Assembly (NCBI GenBank): GCA_963765495.1
Contig: CAVXWP010000013.1
Span: 64,001-128,000, forward strand
DNA: 64,000 nucleotides
From: Blastocatellia bacterium
GTDB lineage: Bacteria > Acidobacteriota > Blastocatellia > UBA7656
Direction of reading: 5' to 3'
Position numbers and translations under genes: made by a program. This document shows positions 1-8,158 of this stretch, piece after piece (the stretch's first letter is position 1; each line of letters starts with the position of its first letter). Below the pieces are notes generated by a model that had not been told where the DNA came from, searched no databases, and saw nothing but the letters and a program-made list of their open reading frames with translations.

Positions 1-1521
1 CTTTGGTTTTCGCCTCTCACTCGATTGTTCGATTATCGTCTGGGCATCCTGCTTCTGGCTCTGCTCGGAATCCATATTTTGCTCGCGTCGCTTGCCGTAA
101 GCTATGGAGCCTATATCGCGCCAGCCGCGTGGGTCGTGCTCGGAGGCTTGCTCTTTTTTAAGCGTGACGAGCCGGAAGCAAAAAAGCCGCTCGTCTACAC
201 CGCAAGAGCAAAGAGGATTCTCGTTGTAGCGGTTGTGATCTGCCTGATTGTCGCGTTCGTTTTTTTCCTGCTGGCTTTCTCGGCCATCGAAACCGCTGCC
301 CCGTACACGACAGGCATTTACGCTCTTGCAGGCAGCCTCGTCATTACCCAGGCGGCATCGCTTGCCGTGCCGATTGCAAACCTGCTGCTTGTGCCCGTGC
401 AGTCGGCCATCAACAACACATACATCCGCGATGCAAAGAAAAGACTGAAACAGTATTCGCCTGTCGTCGTGGGCGTAGCCGGAAGCTACGGCAAGACATC
501 TACGAAATACATACTAGAAACGCTTTTGTCGGAACGCTTCAAGGTTCTGAAGACACCGGCAAGTTTCAACACGCTTATGGGTCTTTGCCGCGTGATCAAC
601 GGCGATCTCAAGCCCGAACACGAAGTCTTTATCGCGGAGATGGGCGCGTATCGTCGCGGCGATGTCGCGGAGCTTGCCGATCTGGTCAGCCCTCAAATCG
701 GCATCATCACTTCGATAGGCCCGGAGCATTTCGAGCGATTCAAGACGATGGAAAACATCGAGGCGACCAATTATGAATTGATCGAGGCGCTCCCCCGTGA
801 AGGCGCTGCCGTATTCAATAACGATATACCCGAATGCAGAAAACTGGCCGATCGAACAAACCGGGTGAAGGCGCTCCGCTACGGGCTTGATACCGCGCAG
901 CCGGGCTTGCGGCTCTGGGCCGAAGAGATTTCCATGAGCCACGAAGGGCTCCGCTTTACGCTCGTCGATAACGAAGGCAACCGCGCTCAAACAAAGGTGA
1001 TTTTGCTTGGTCGTCACAACGTCTTAAACATTCTGGGCGCGGCGGCGATTGCCCTTGAGATGGGGCTCTCGCTTGACGAGATAGCCACGGCCATCCCGAA
1101 AATCGAGCAGGTCCCACACCGCCTTCAACTCATTCCGGGCGCGGCTGGCGTGGTCGTGATCGACGACTCCTATAACTCAAACCCCATGGGCGCACTCGAA
1201 GCGCTAAACGTGCTCAAGGAATTCGATACAGGCAAGCGAGTGCTGGTCACACCGGGCATGGTCGAGCTTGGAGTACTTGAGGCCGAAGAGAACGAAAAGT
1301 TTGGAGCCAACGCCGCGCGCATTTGCGATTACGTCTTGCTTGTCGGAATCAAGCAGACCGAAGACATTCTCAGAGGGCTTGAAGGCCAGCAGTTTCCCAA
1401 AGAGCGACTGCGAGTCGTAAGAGATCTTACAGAGGCGACCGCCGAGCTACAGAAGATAGTAAAACCCGGCGACGTTGTTCTGTTTGAAAACGACCTGCCC
1501 GATCTTTATGACGAAGCTTGA
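1..1521 (+). CDS. murF: UDP-MurNAc-tripeptide:D-Ala-D-Ala ligase with N-terminal membrane domain (probably 5'-truncated by window edge)
   Basis: GSYGKTSTK P-loop, SFNT, EMGA and DDSYNSNP Mur-ligase motifs; hydrophobic N-terminus; frame open from base 1; followed by ddl. Confidence 0.88.
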   Translation, partial: LWFSPLTRLFDYRLGILLLALLGIHILLASLAVSYGAYIAPAAWVVLGGLLFFKRDEPEAKKPLVYTARAKRILVVAVVICLIVAFVFFLLAFSAIETAAPYTTGIYALAGSLVITQAASLAVPIANLLLVPVQSAINNTYIRDAKKRLKQYSPVVVGVAGSYGKTSTKYILETLLSERFKVLKTPASFNTLMGLCRVINGDLKPEHEVFIAEMGAYRRGDVAELADLVSPQIGIITSIGPEHFERFKTMENIEATNYELIEALPREGAAVFNNDIPECRKLADRTNRVKALRYGLDTAQPGLRLWAEEISMSHEGLRFTLVDNEGNRAQTKVILLGRHNVLNILGAAAIALEMGLSLDEIATAIPKIEQVPHRLQLIPGAAGVVVIDDSYNSNPMGALEALNVLKEFDTGKRVLVTPGMVELGVLEAEENEKFGANAARICDYVLLVGIKQTEDILRGLEGQQFPKERLRVVRDLTEATAELQKIVKPGDVVLFENDLPDLYDEA

Positions 1522-1580
1522 GCGGGGGCGGCTGGAATATAGTTTGAATAATTTTCAGGGAAAGAACACGGAATCCTAAT

Positions 1581-2771
1581 ATGCAAAACAGGAAAAAAGA
1601 GACTGTTGCCGTTTTGTTCGGAGGAAGATCGGCCGAGCACGAAGTGTCTGTCATCACCGGCCACCAGATAATGGATGCGCTTGAGGTGGCGGGCTATCGC
1701 CTGTTGCCCATCTATATCACAAAGGAAGGCGAGTGGTTTGCGGGCTTGCCGCTTCATAACATAAAGCAGTATTCCGGCCCTTCGTTCAACCCGGCGAAAC
1801 TTGCCGACACGCATCGCGTCAGCCTCAGCCCCGACCGCTCGGTGCGCCAGTTGTTGCTGCATCCGAGCACGAGCACGGGTCTTTTCAAGAAGCCGCCTCA
1901 GTTATGGGCAGACGTTTTCTTCCCAGCCATTCACGGCTCTTTCGGCGAAGACGGGGCGCTTCAAGGTCTGTTCGAGATGGCCGATGTCGCATACGCCGGA
2001 GCGGGCGTACTCGCCTCCGCGATGGGGATGGACAAGGTGAGAGCGAAATCGCTCTTTCGTGACGCGGGCATTCCCGTGCTCGAATGCCTGTCTGTTTCAA
2101 GAGCCGAGTGGAAGGCCAGCGGGCAGGATGTCATCGCCCGCGTGGAAGGTTTTTCAAGCTACCCGGTCATAGTCAAGCCCGCCTGTTTAGGCAGCAGCAT
2201 CGGCGTAAAGAGGTGCGGGTCTTCGGCCGAATTGAAAGACGCGCTCGATGTGGCGTTGATACTCGACGAGCGGGCGCTTGTCGAGCGAGCGCTCGTCGAT
2301 TTCACCGAAATCAACTGCTCGGTGCTCGGGCCGCCGGAACGGGCTTCGGCCTGCGAACAGCCTGTCACCGGCCAGGCGCTTCTGACCTTTGATGATAAGT
2401 ACAAGCGAGGCGGCAAAGGCAAATCCAGCGGCACAAAAGGCGGCATGGCCTCGCTTGACCGCATAATACCGGCTCCCGTATCCGAAGAGATGACTTCGAA
2501 GATTCAAGAGACGGCAAAAAAAGCCTTCCGCGTAATCGGCGCTGCGGGGGTCGCGCGGCTCGATTTTCTCTTAGAGAAAGACGGCGCAGCGTTTTACCTC
2601 AACGAGATAAACACCATGCCCGGCTCTATCGCCTTCTACCTCTGGGAAGCTGCCGGAGTCCCGTTTGACGAGCTTGTGAGCGAGTGCGTGAAGATAGCTT
2701 TAGGGATTCATCGAGAACGAACCGCCACACAGTTTTCATTTGAGGCCAATCTGTTGCAGAGCCGAAGATAA
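1581..2771 (+). CDS. ddl: D-alanine--D-alanine ligase
   Basis: FGGRSAEHEVS, HGSFGEDG, GSSIG, RLDF and NEINTMPG motifs. Confidence 0.93.
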   Translation: MQNRKKETVAVLFGGRSAEHEVSVITGHQIMDALEVAGYRLLPIYITKEGEWFAGLPLHNIKQYSGPSFNPAKLADTHRVSLSPDRSVRQLLLHPSTSTGLFKKPPQLWADVFFPAIHGSFGEDGALQGLFEMADVAYAGAGVLASAMGMDKVRAKSLFRDAGIPVLECLSVSRAEWKASGQDVIARVEGFSSYPVIVKPACLGSSIGVKRCGSSAELKDALDVALILDERALVERALVDFTEINCSVLGPPERASACEQPVTGQALLTFDDKYKRGGKGKSSGTKGGMASLDRIIPAPVSEEMTSKIQETAKKAFRVIGAAGVARLDFLLEKDGAAFYLNEINTMPGSIAFYLWEAAGVPFDELVSECVKIALGIHRERTATQFSFEANLLQSRR

Positions 2772-2868
2772 GCTCAACAGGTCATGAATTCGACAAGGGC
2801 GGCACCCATCTGAGAACCGAGATTTAAGACTTGAGATTTGAAAGCTCATAGCTGACTGCCCTTGCTTT

Positions 2869-2977
2869 CAGGGCCATTTAATTTTCAGGAAATCTTGACT
2901 CAGGCTAAGGTCTTTCATAGAGCAAACAGTAGTTTCCTACCATCCCGGCAGCTCAATCTGAAAATTAAATGGCCCGG
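2869..2977. mobile_element. 109-bp MITE-like element with CAGGG terminus
   Basis: CAGGGCCATTTAATTTTCAG (2869-2888) and CTGAAAATTAAATGGCCCGG (2958-2977) are 19/20 inverted; flanks CCTTGCTTT and CCTTGATTT are an 8/9 direct repeat. Confidence 0.6.
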
Positions 2978-3050
2978 CCTTGATTTCCGGCTCAATGGAT
3001 AAAGGCGGGCTTATGACTTCCATTTGAGAGGTCAGGCACTTAGAATCTGA

Positions 3051-4112
3051 GTGAGGGGTTTGATCGAGGACGGGGCATCGGGCGGCCGGTTGACTATGGT
3101 GATAAAGGCACACAGACGGAAAATATTGACCAGAAGCTTCATGGCATACATGGAGAATGATCTGACGACAGCCGCCGCCGCCGTCTCTTACTTTTCGATA
3201 CTCGTGCTCTTTCCCATGCTGCTATTGCTGCTCACAATCGGCAATAGCCTGATCGGCCCGCAGACGGTTCAGAAATATGTCATAGGTCAGGTGCTGGCGT
3301 TTTTGCCCGGCGCTCAAACCTTTGTCCGCAAGAATCTGGACTCAATCTCCGACATCTCTACCGAAGTCATTATTAGCTGTTTGTTTGTAATGCTGTGGGC
3401 ATCATCGTGGATGTTCACTACGATTGAGAAGGCGCTCAATCGCGTCTGGGGCACTTATCCGCGTTCGTTTTTGCACGGGCGGGTAGTGAATTTCGCCGTG
3501 ATGAGCATAATTTTTGCCCTGCTCGGAGCATCGGCATTGATTACAGCCTTCATCTCCGGCGTGAGGGCCGCGGCAGAGAAAATCCCCTTGCGACTGGGGC
3601 CGATAGTGACGGCGCTTTCCGGTTATGCGTGGCAGACGATATTCGTTTTCGCAAGCGTCGTCGTTACGATAATCCTCTTTACGGTGCTCTATAAATTACT
3701 GCCCAATACGAATGTGCCGTTGTTTGAGGCGCTGCCCGGCGCGGTGGTTGCCGGTGTGCTCTGGGAAGGAGCGAAATTCGGATTCGCCTTGCTGCTCCCT
3801 TATTTTCATTATGATCTATTGTACGGCTCGATAGGCGCGGGCGTGGCGCTCTTGACGTGGATTTATTTATCGAGCGTCATCATGTTGTTTGGCGCGCAGT
3901 TTACGGCTCTCTTGCACCGCGACCATCTTTTCAACAATAGCTCTTACCAGAAACCTCCTTTCTCAACAGGCGACCTTTCCGACAAATTTGAACCGCACGA
4001 GACGGACGACCCGGCGGCGGTAGGCGCTCGGGTAAGCACCGAATTAAACGCTCCCGTTTCGGAAGCCGCAACGCCCGCGCTCGGCGAGACGATGTTGAAG
4101 GACGAAAGCTAA
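3051..4112 (+). CDS. YihY/BrkB family membrane protein (start may be ATG 3096)
   Basis: AAAVSYFS-LFP, ALNRVW and LYGSIGA-LLTWIYLS-LFGA motifs; multiple TM segments. Confidence 0.88.
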   Translation: MRGLIEDGASGGRLTMVIKAHRRKILTRSFMAYMENDLTTAAAAVSYFSILVLFPMLLLLLTIGNSLIGPQTVQKYVIGQVLAFLPGAQTFVRKNLDSISDISTEVIISCLFVMLWASSWMFTTIEKALNRVWGTYPRSFLHGRVVNFAVMSIIFALLGASALITAFISGVRAAAEKIPLRLGPIVTALSGYAWQTIFVFASVVVTIILFTVLYKLLPNTNVPLFEALPGAVVAGVLWEGAKFGFALLLPYFHYDLLYGSIGAGVALLTWIYLSSVIMLFGAQFTALLHRDHLFNNSSYQKPPFSTGDLSDKFEPHETDDPAAVGARVSTELNAPVSEAATPALGETMLKDES

Positions 4113-4134
4113 AGCAGAAAGACCCTCCGCATTT

Positions 4135-5301
4135 ATGCTTGTTTCAGATTATGCTTACGACCTGCCCGAACGATTGATCGCGCAAACGCCTGCCGAAAGA
4201 CGCGATCATTCTCGACTGCTCGTCTTAGACCGCGCGAGCCGCTCGCTCATCGATTCGACCTTCAATCAGTTGCCAGCCTTTCTGACCGCAGGCGATCTGC
4301 TGGTTCTAAACAACACGCGGGTCTTTCCAGCCCGCCTCCCCGGCCGCAGGATCAGACAGCACGCGAACGGCGAAAGCATCATTGGCAGACGGGTAGAAGT
4401 TTTTCTTGTGCGAAGGCTTGAGCCGCTTGTGTGGGAGGCGCTTGTGCGACCGGGCCGGTCTCTGCACGCGGGCGCGCAGATCGAATTTGAGCCAGGCCAT
4501 CTGACGGCTGAAATCCTCGAATGGCGCGAAGCGGGTCGCCGCATAGTCCGATTCCATGCCAAAGGCGATTTTGATGAAATCATAGACCGTATCGGCCTGA
4601 CCCCGCTTCCGCCTTACATCAAACGCGATGAGCGCGACCGGCTGGATCAGGAGAGATACCAGACCGTCTTTGCCCGCGAGCGCGGAGCAGTGGCCGCTCC
4701 CACGGCGGGGCTCCATTTCACGCCGGAACTGCTCGATCAATTAAAAGCGCGAGGGATTGAAATAGCGGAGATCACCCTGCACGTCGGATACGGGACATTT
4801 CAGCCTGTCCGCGTCGAGCGGGTAGAGGATCACCGGGTGGAATCCGAAGGCTACACGATCAGTAAGGACGCCGCTCAAATCATCAACCGCGCGCTCAGCG
4901 AAAAACGGCGCATCATCGCCGTAGGCACGACGACTACGCGGGCGCTGGAATCGGCCGCTAGACAGGGGCCGGGGGCCGGGGGCCGGGGGCCGGTGTCATT
5001 TGCAGGAAATATTGAACCCTCGGAAGAACGGCCAGATGAAACACTCACACCTTCTTCCTCCCCGGCTCCCGGCCCCCGGCCCCCGGCCCCCGGTACAGCC
5101 ACCACCGATCTATTCATTTATCCGGGCTTCGAATTTCGAGTGCTTGGCGGGCTTATAACAAATTTTCATCTGCCGAGGTCGTCGCTTCTGATGCTGGTCG
5201 CGGGGCTTGCCGGTCGCAAGTTTATACTCGAAGCGTATCGTCACGCGGTCGAGCACGAATACAGGTTTTACAGCTACGGCGACGCGATGCTGATTCTGTG
5301 A
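4135..5301 (+). CDS. queA: S-adenosylmethionine:tRNA ribosyltransferase-isomerase, with in-frame palindromic insertion
   Basis: YDLPERLIAQTP, PLPPYI, AAPTAGLHFT, AVGTTTTRALES, TNFHLPRS and YRFYSYGDAMLI. Confidence 0.97.
   Translation: MLVSDYAYDLPERLIAQTPAERRDHSRLLVLDRASRSLIDSTFNQLPAFLTAGDLLVLNNTRVFPARLPGRRIRQHANGESIIGRRVEVFLVRRLEPLVWEALVRPGRSLHAGAQIEFEPGHLTAEILEWREAGRRIVRFHAKGDFDEIIDRIGLTPLPPYIKRDERDRLDQERYQTVFARERGAVAAPTAGLHFTPELLDQLKARGIEIAEITLHVGYGTFQPVRVERVEDHRVESEGYTISKDAAQIINRALSEKRRIIAVGTTTTRALESAARQGPGAGGRGPVSFAGNIEPSEERPDETLTPSSSPAPGPRPPAPGTATTDLFIYPGFEFRVLGGLITNFHLPRSSLLMLVAGLAGRKFILEAYRHAVEHEYRFYSYGDAMLIL
4965..5090. repeat. Palindromic element (GGGGCCG)x4 - 68-nt loop - (CGGCCCC)x4 inside queA
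   Basis: 29-nt arms at 4965-4993 and 5062-5090 (1 mismatch); total 126 nt = 42 codons, read as GPGAGGRGP...PAPGPRPPAP. Confidence 0.9.
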
Positions 5302-5336
5302 AGAGAAAAGCTCGTTTGAAGAAGCGGCCATAGAAA

Positions 5337-5366
5337 AAAGGGCGAGCAGTTATAGGCTCGCCCTTT
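5337..5366. terminator. Intrinsic terminator between convergent queA and redoxin gene
   Basis: AAAGGGCGAGC-N8-GCTCGCCCTTT hairpin with adjacent A tract. Confidence 0.75.
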
Positions 5367-5392
5367 CCCTTACTTACTGTGCGGAAGCAAAT

Positions 5393-5875
5393 TTACCCGG
5401 AAGCCTGTTGTGATGCTGCCGCCTCAAGCACTCGATTCATGGCCGAAGCCAGCATATCGAGTCCGCGCTCGCCTGCGGCAAAGCTTCTGAGCTTTCCTTC
5501 GGCGTCGAACAGGTAATAAGCGGGCACAAATCCCTGTTCATTCTTGAATGCATCGCGAAGTTTATGCTTGTTATCGACAGCGCACGTCTCGCTGATATTG
5601 AATTTTTCTATCGTATCCCGCACGGCCTCTTGATCGAGGTCCGCCGGATAGCGAGGCATGTGAACGGCTACGACTCGCAATCCTTTATCTCTAAATTTGT
5701 CGCGCCAATCGGTGACGCGCGGCAGATTGTCCTTGCAGATGCCGCAACTGACCGACCAGAAATGCACCAGTGTGGGCCGCCCCTTGGCCTGTTCTGTGGC
5801 TTCATCCGCTGTTCCGTTTATCCATTCCGTCGCGCCTTCAAACGACGGCATCTCTGTTCCGATCCTCATCGGCAT
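5393..5875 (-). CDS. Thioredoxin-like redoxin (YkuV/TlpA type)
   Basis: HFWSVSCGIC CxxC motif; start moved to ATG 5875 (GAGGT RBS) because the longer ORF start lies in a palindromic element. Confidence 0.85.
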   Translation of the reverse strand: MPMRIGTEMPSFEGATEWINGTADEATEQAKGRPTLVHFWSVSCGICKDNLPRVTDWRDKFRDKGLRVVAVHMPRYPADLDQEAVRDTIEKFNISETCAVDNKHKLRDAFKNEQGFVPAYYLFDAEGKLRSFAAGERGLDMLASAMNRVLEAAASQQASG

Positions 5876-5894
5876 AATCATTACCTCACTGAAA

Positions 5895-5982
5895 TGATTC
5901 GTGATCCGTGTTTCAGCAAGCTTGCAAGTTGGCTTAAATCTGCGGCTTTCCTGAAAATCACGGATCACGAATCACGAATCAC
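5895..5982. repeat. Heptamer-arm palindromic element (GTGATYC/ATCACGR units)
   Basis: TGATTCGTGATCCGTG...CACGGATCACGAATCACGAATCAC between peroxiredoxin and redoxin genes. Confidence 0.75.
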
Positions 5983-6005
5983 TCTTCGCGCATCACTATC
6001 TAAAA

Positions 6006-6572
6006 TCAGACATTGAGCGTATCCTGACCCGGATGCCACTCTGCTGCGCAGAGGCCGCCCGTTTGCAGTGCCTGTATGACGCGCAGAGTCTCTTCGGCCG
6101 AACGCCCGACGTTCAGGTCGTGAACTACCTTGTAGCGGAGTACGCCTTCGGGGTCTATAACGAACAGTCCGCGAAGGGCTACACCCTGGTCTTCTATGAG
6201 CACGCCGTAGTCACGCGAAACCTGCTTGGTCGAATCCGCCGCGAGCGGATACTTGAGACCTTCCACGCCACTCTTATCGCGCGGGGTGTTGAGCCACGCT
6301 CTATGCGAGTAGACCGAATCGGTCGATACGCCGAGCAGATCGGCTCCGATTCCCTCGAAATCTTCATAACGGTCGCTGAAGGTGGTCAACTCCGTCGGGC
6401 ATACGAAAGTGAAGTCGAGCGGATAAAAGAGCAGAACCAGCCATTTGCCGCTGTAATCCGACAGTTTTACGTTTTCGTTTAGTTTATCTATGTTCTTGGT
6501 CGAAGCCATCTCGAAATCCGGGGCAGGGTGGCCCACCTGTGCCCGGTTAATTGCTGTTAGTGTTGCTGTCAT
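6006..6572 (-). CDS. ahpC: 2-Cys peroxiredoxin (AhpC/YkuU type)
   Basis: FYPLDFTFVCPTE, VGRSAEETLR and GLCAAEW. Confidence 0.92.
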   Translation of the reverse strand: MTATLTAINRAQVGHPAPDFEMASTKNIDKLNENVKLSDYSGKWLVLLFYPLDFTFVCPTELTTFSDRYEDFEGIGADLLGVSTDSVYSHRAWLNTPRDKSGVEGLKYPLAADSTKQVSRDYGVLIEDQGVALRGLFVIDPEGVLRYKVVHDLNVGRSAEETLRVIQALQTGGLCAAEWHPGQDTLNV

Positions 6573-6671
6573 ATATCCTCCTAAGTATGTGATTTACAAG
6601 TATCTTTGAATCATTTGCTGCTTAAAAGCAGGTTGGGCGCGCTTCAAAACAATTTTTGCGACCCTCTCCGG

Positions 6672-7091
6672 TTAATCGGATTGGCAGTCGGGACAAATCC
6701 CCTTAAGCGTCAAGTGGATCGATTGCGGTTGGAAGCGTGCATTCTGAGCCGCTGGGAGCATAAGTTCAAGTGTTTCTGGAAGATCGAAATCCACAAGTTT
6801 TCCACAGCTTGTGCAAATCGCGTGATCGTGGCGGGCGATTTCGCGGTCGTAACGGCTCGCGCCGCTGCCAAAGGTTATCTCGCTCACCAGCCCCGCCTCT
6901 TTCAGATATCTGAGAGAGTTATAGACGGTTGCATAACTGATCCTGGGCATCAAGGCGCGTGCGGCTTCAAATACTTCGCTCGCAGTCAGGTGGTCTTCGC
7001 TTGCGCGAACCACCTCAAGCACTACCTTTCGCTGTCGCGTCAGTGCCGGCTCGCCATGGTGTGTATCCCTGTTTTGATGTTGAACTAACAT
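6672..7091 (-). CDS. perR: Fur-family repressor, probably PerR
   Basis: LTRQRK, HLTASEV, ISYATVYNSL, HDHAICTSCG and CPDC; directly upstream of peroxiredoxin; start placed at ATG 7091. Confidence 0.8.
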   Translation of the reverse strand: MLVQHQNRDTHHGEPALTRQRKVVLEVVRASEDHLTASEVFEAARALMPRISYATVYNSLRYLKEAGLVSEITFGSGASRYDREIARHDHAICTSCGKLVDFDLPETLELMLPAAQNARFQPQSIHLTLKGICPDCQSD

Positions 7092-7127
7092 TAGATTTAG
7101 AATAAGTCTAAATCTAATTCCTGTCAA
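7091..7127 (-). promoter_or_regulatory. Sigma70 promoter overlapped by a PerR/Fur-like operator
   Basis: Minus strand TTGACA (7127-7122), 17 nt, TATTCT (7104-7099); perfect 11-5-11 inverted repeat TTAGATTTAGA-ATAAG-TCTAAATCTAA at 7091-7117. Confidence 0.75.
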
Positions 7128-7273
7128 GAGAGAAGAACAAAAAAATTCGTTCACAACCGCTCATCTGAGAGTTGAGATTGGAAATCTCGACTAATGGAGG
7201 GTGTGCTATCGGATCAGGTTTCCTTGCTCGGGCTCTGAGGGTATAATCCCCGGGCTGTTTATTCCATCGGGCA

Positions 7274-8158
7274 ATGCTGAAAAGGCCTGGGATGGCGGCG
7301 CAACCTTCGGATTATCAAATGAGAAAGCAAGAAAACTTCGGGTTCGGGCCAAAAACAAAAAGAAGGTTTTTTTTAGGGTTGATACTGGCCCTGGCCTCTG
7401 TCTGGCCGGCTATCGCAATCGGCAGATTATTTGCGCCTCCGTTGTTTGCAAAGGGCGGGGCTTCCCCGCGTCGCCTATCGGCCCTGCCCCGGGTAATGCT
7501 CTGGGCGTGGGAACGTCCCGAAGATTTGCGCTTTATTGATCCGAACAAAGTCGGCATAGCCTTTCTGGCTGAGACCATTTATCTGAGAAATGACAAAGTG
7601 TTTGACCGGCCAAGATTACAGCCGCTCAGCTTTCCCGAAGCAGCATCGCTTGTAGCCGTAGTGCGAATAGAAACCGACTCTTCGAATCCCCCTGAACTTT
7701 CGTCGGATCAAAGGGCAACGGTTGTTTCCCGCATAGTCAAAGCGGCGGGCAAGCGCGAGGTCACAGCCGTTCAGATAGACTTCGATGCTCGAATGCGGGA
7801 GCGCAGCTTTTATCGCGACCTGCTTTTCGATCTGCGCCGCGAACTGCCCGGCTCCGTAGGGCTTTCGATAACGGCGCTCGCCTCGTGGTGTCTGTATGAT
7901 GATTGGATATCCGGCCTCCCCATAGACGAAGCCGTCCCTATGCTGTTTCGCATGGGTGCCGATGATCGCCAGATAAGAATCCGCTTGAAAGCGGGCGAAG
8001 ATTTTCGCCCACCCGCGAGTCGCCTGAGTCTGGGCATTTCTACGGATGAGCCTTTAGAGAATCTGCCTTCGGGCCGAAGAATTTACATTTTTCATCCCCG
8101 CCCGTGGTCCGAAGAGACCGCGCGCAAGATCATTGAAGAGGTAAACCAATGGCAGTAA
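7274..8158 (+). CDS. DUF3142-like exported protein (GH18-like QIDFD motif)
   Basis: N-terminal hydrophobic segment; LWAWER, VQIDFDA, LSITALASW and VPMLFRM; overlaps next gene. Confidence 0.65.
   Translation: MLKRPGMAAQPSDYQMRKQENFGFGPKTKRRFFLGLILALASVWPAIAIGRLFAPPLFAKGGASPRRLSALPRVMLWAWERPEDLRFIDPNKVGIAFLAETIYLRNDKVFDRPRLQPLSFPEAASLVAVVRIETDSSNPPELSSDQRATVVSRIVKAAGKREVTAVQIDFDARMRERSFYRDLLFDLRRELPGSVGLSITALASWCLYDDWISGLPIDEAVPMLFRMGADDRQIRIRLKAGEDFRPPASRLSLGISTDEPLENLPSGRRIYIFHPRPWSEETARKIIEEVNQWQ

Noticed and set aside
1581-2771. Ddl as a D-Ala-D-Lac (vancomycin resistance) ligase
   Set aside because: Omega-loop keeps K-Y (FDDKY), the Tyr typical of D-Ala-D-Ala ligases; no vanH/vanX nearby
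5876-5968. N-terminal extensions in the ORF track (also 35218-35301, 28259-28318, 13269-13481, 19312-19518)
   Set aside because: They run through palindromic or intergenic sequence; better RBS or signal-peptide starts lie downstream
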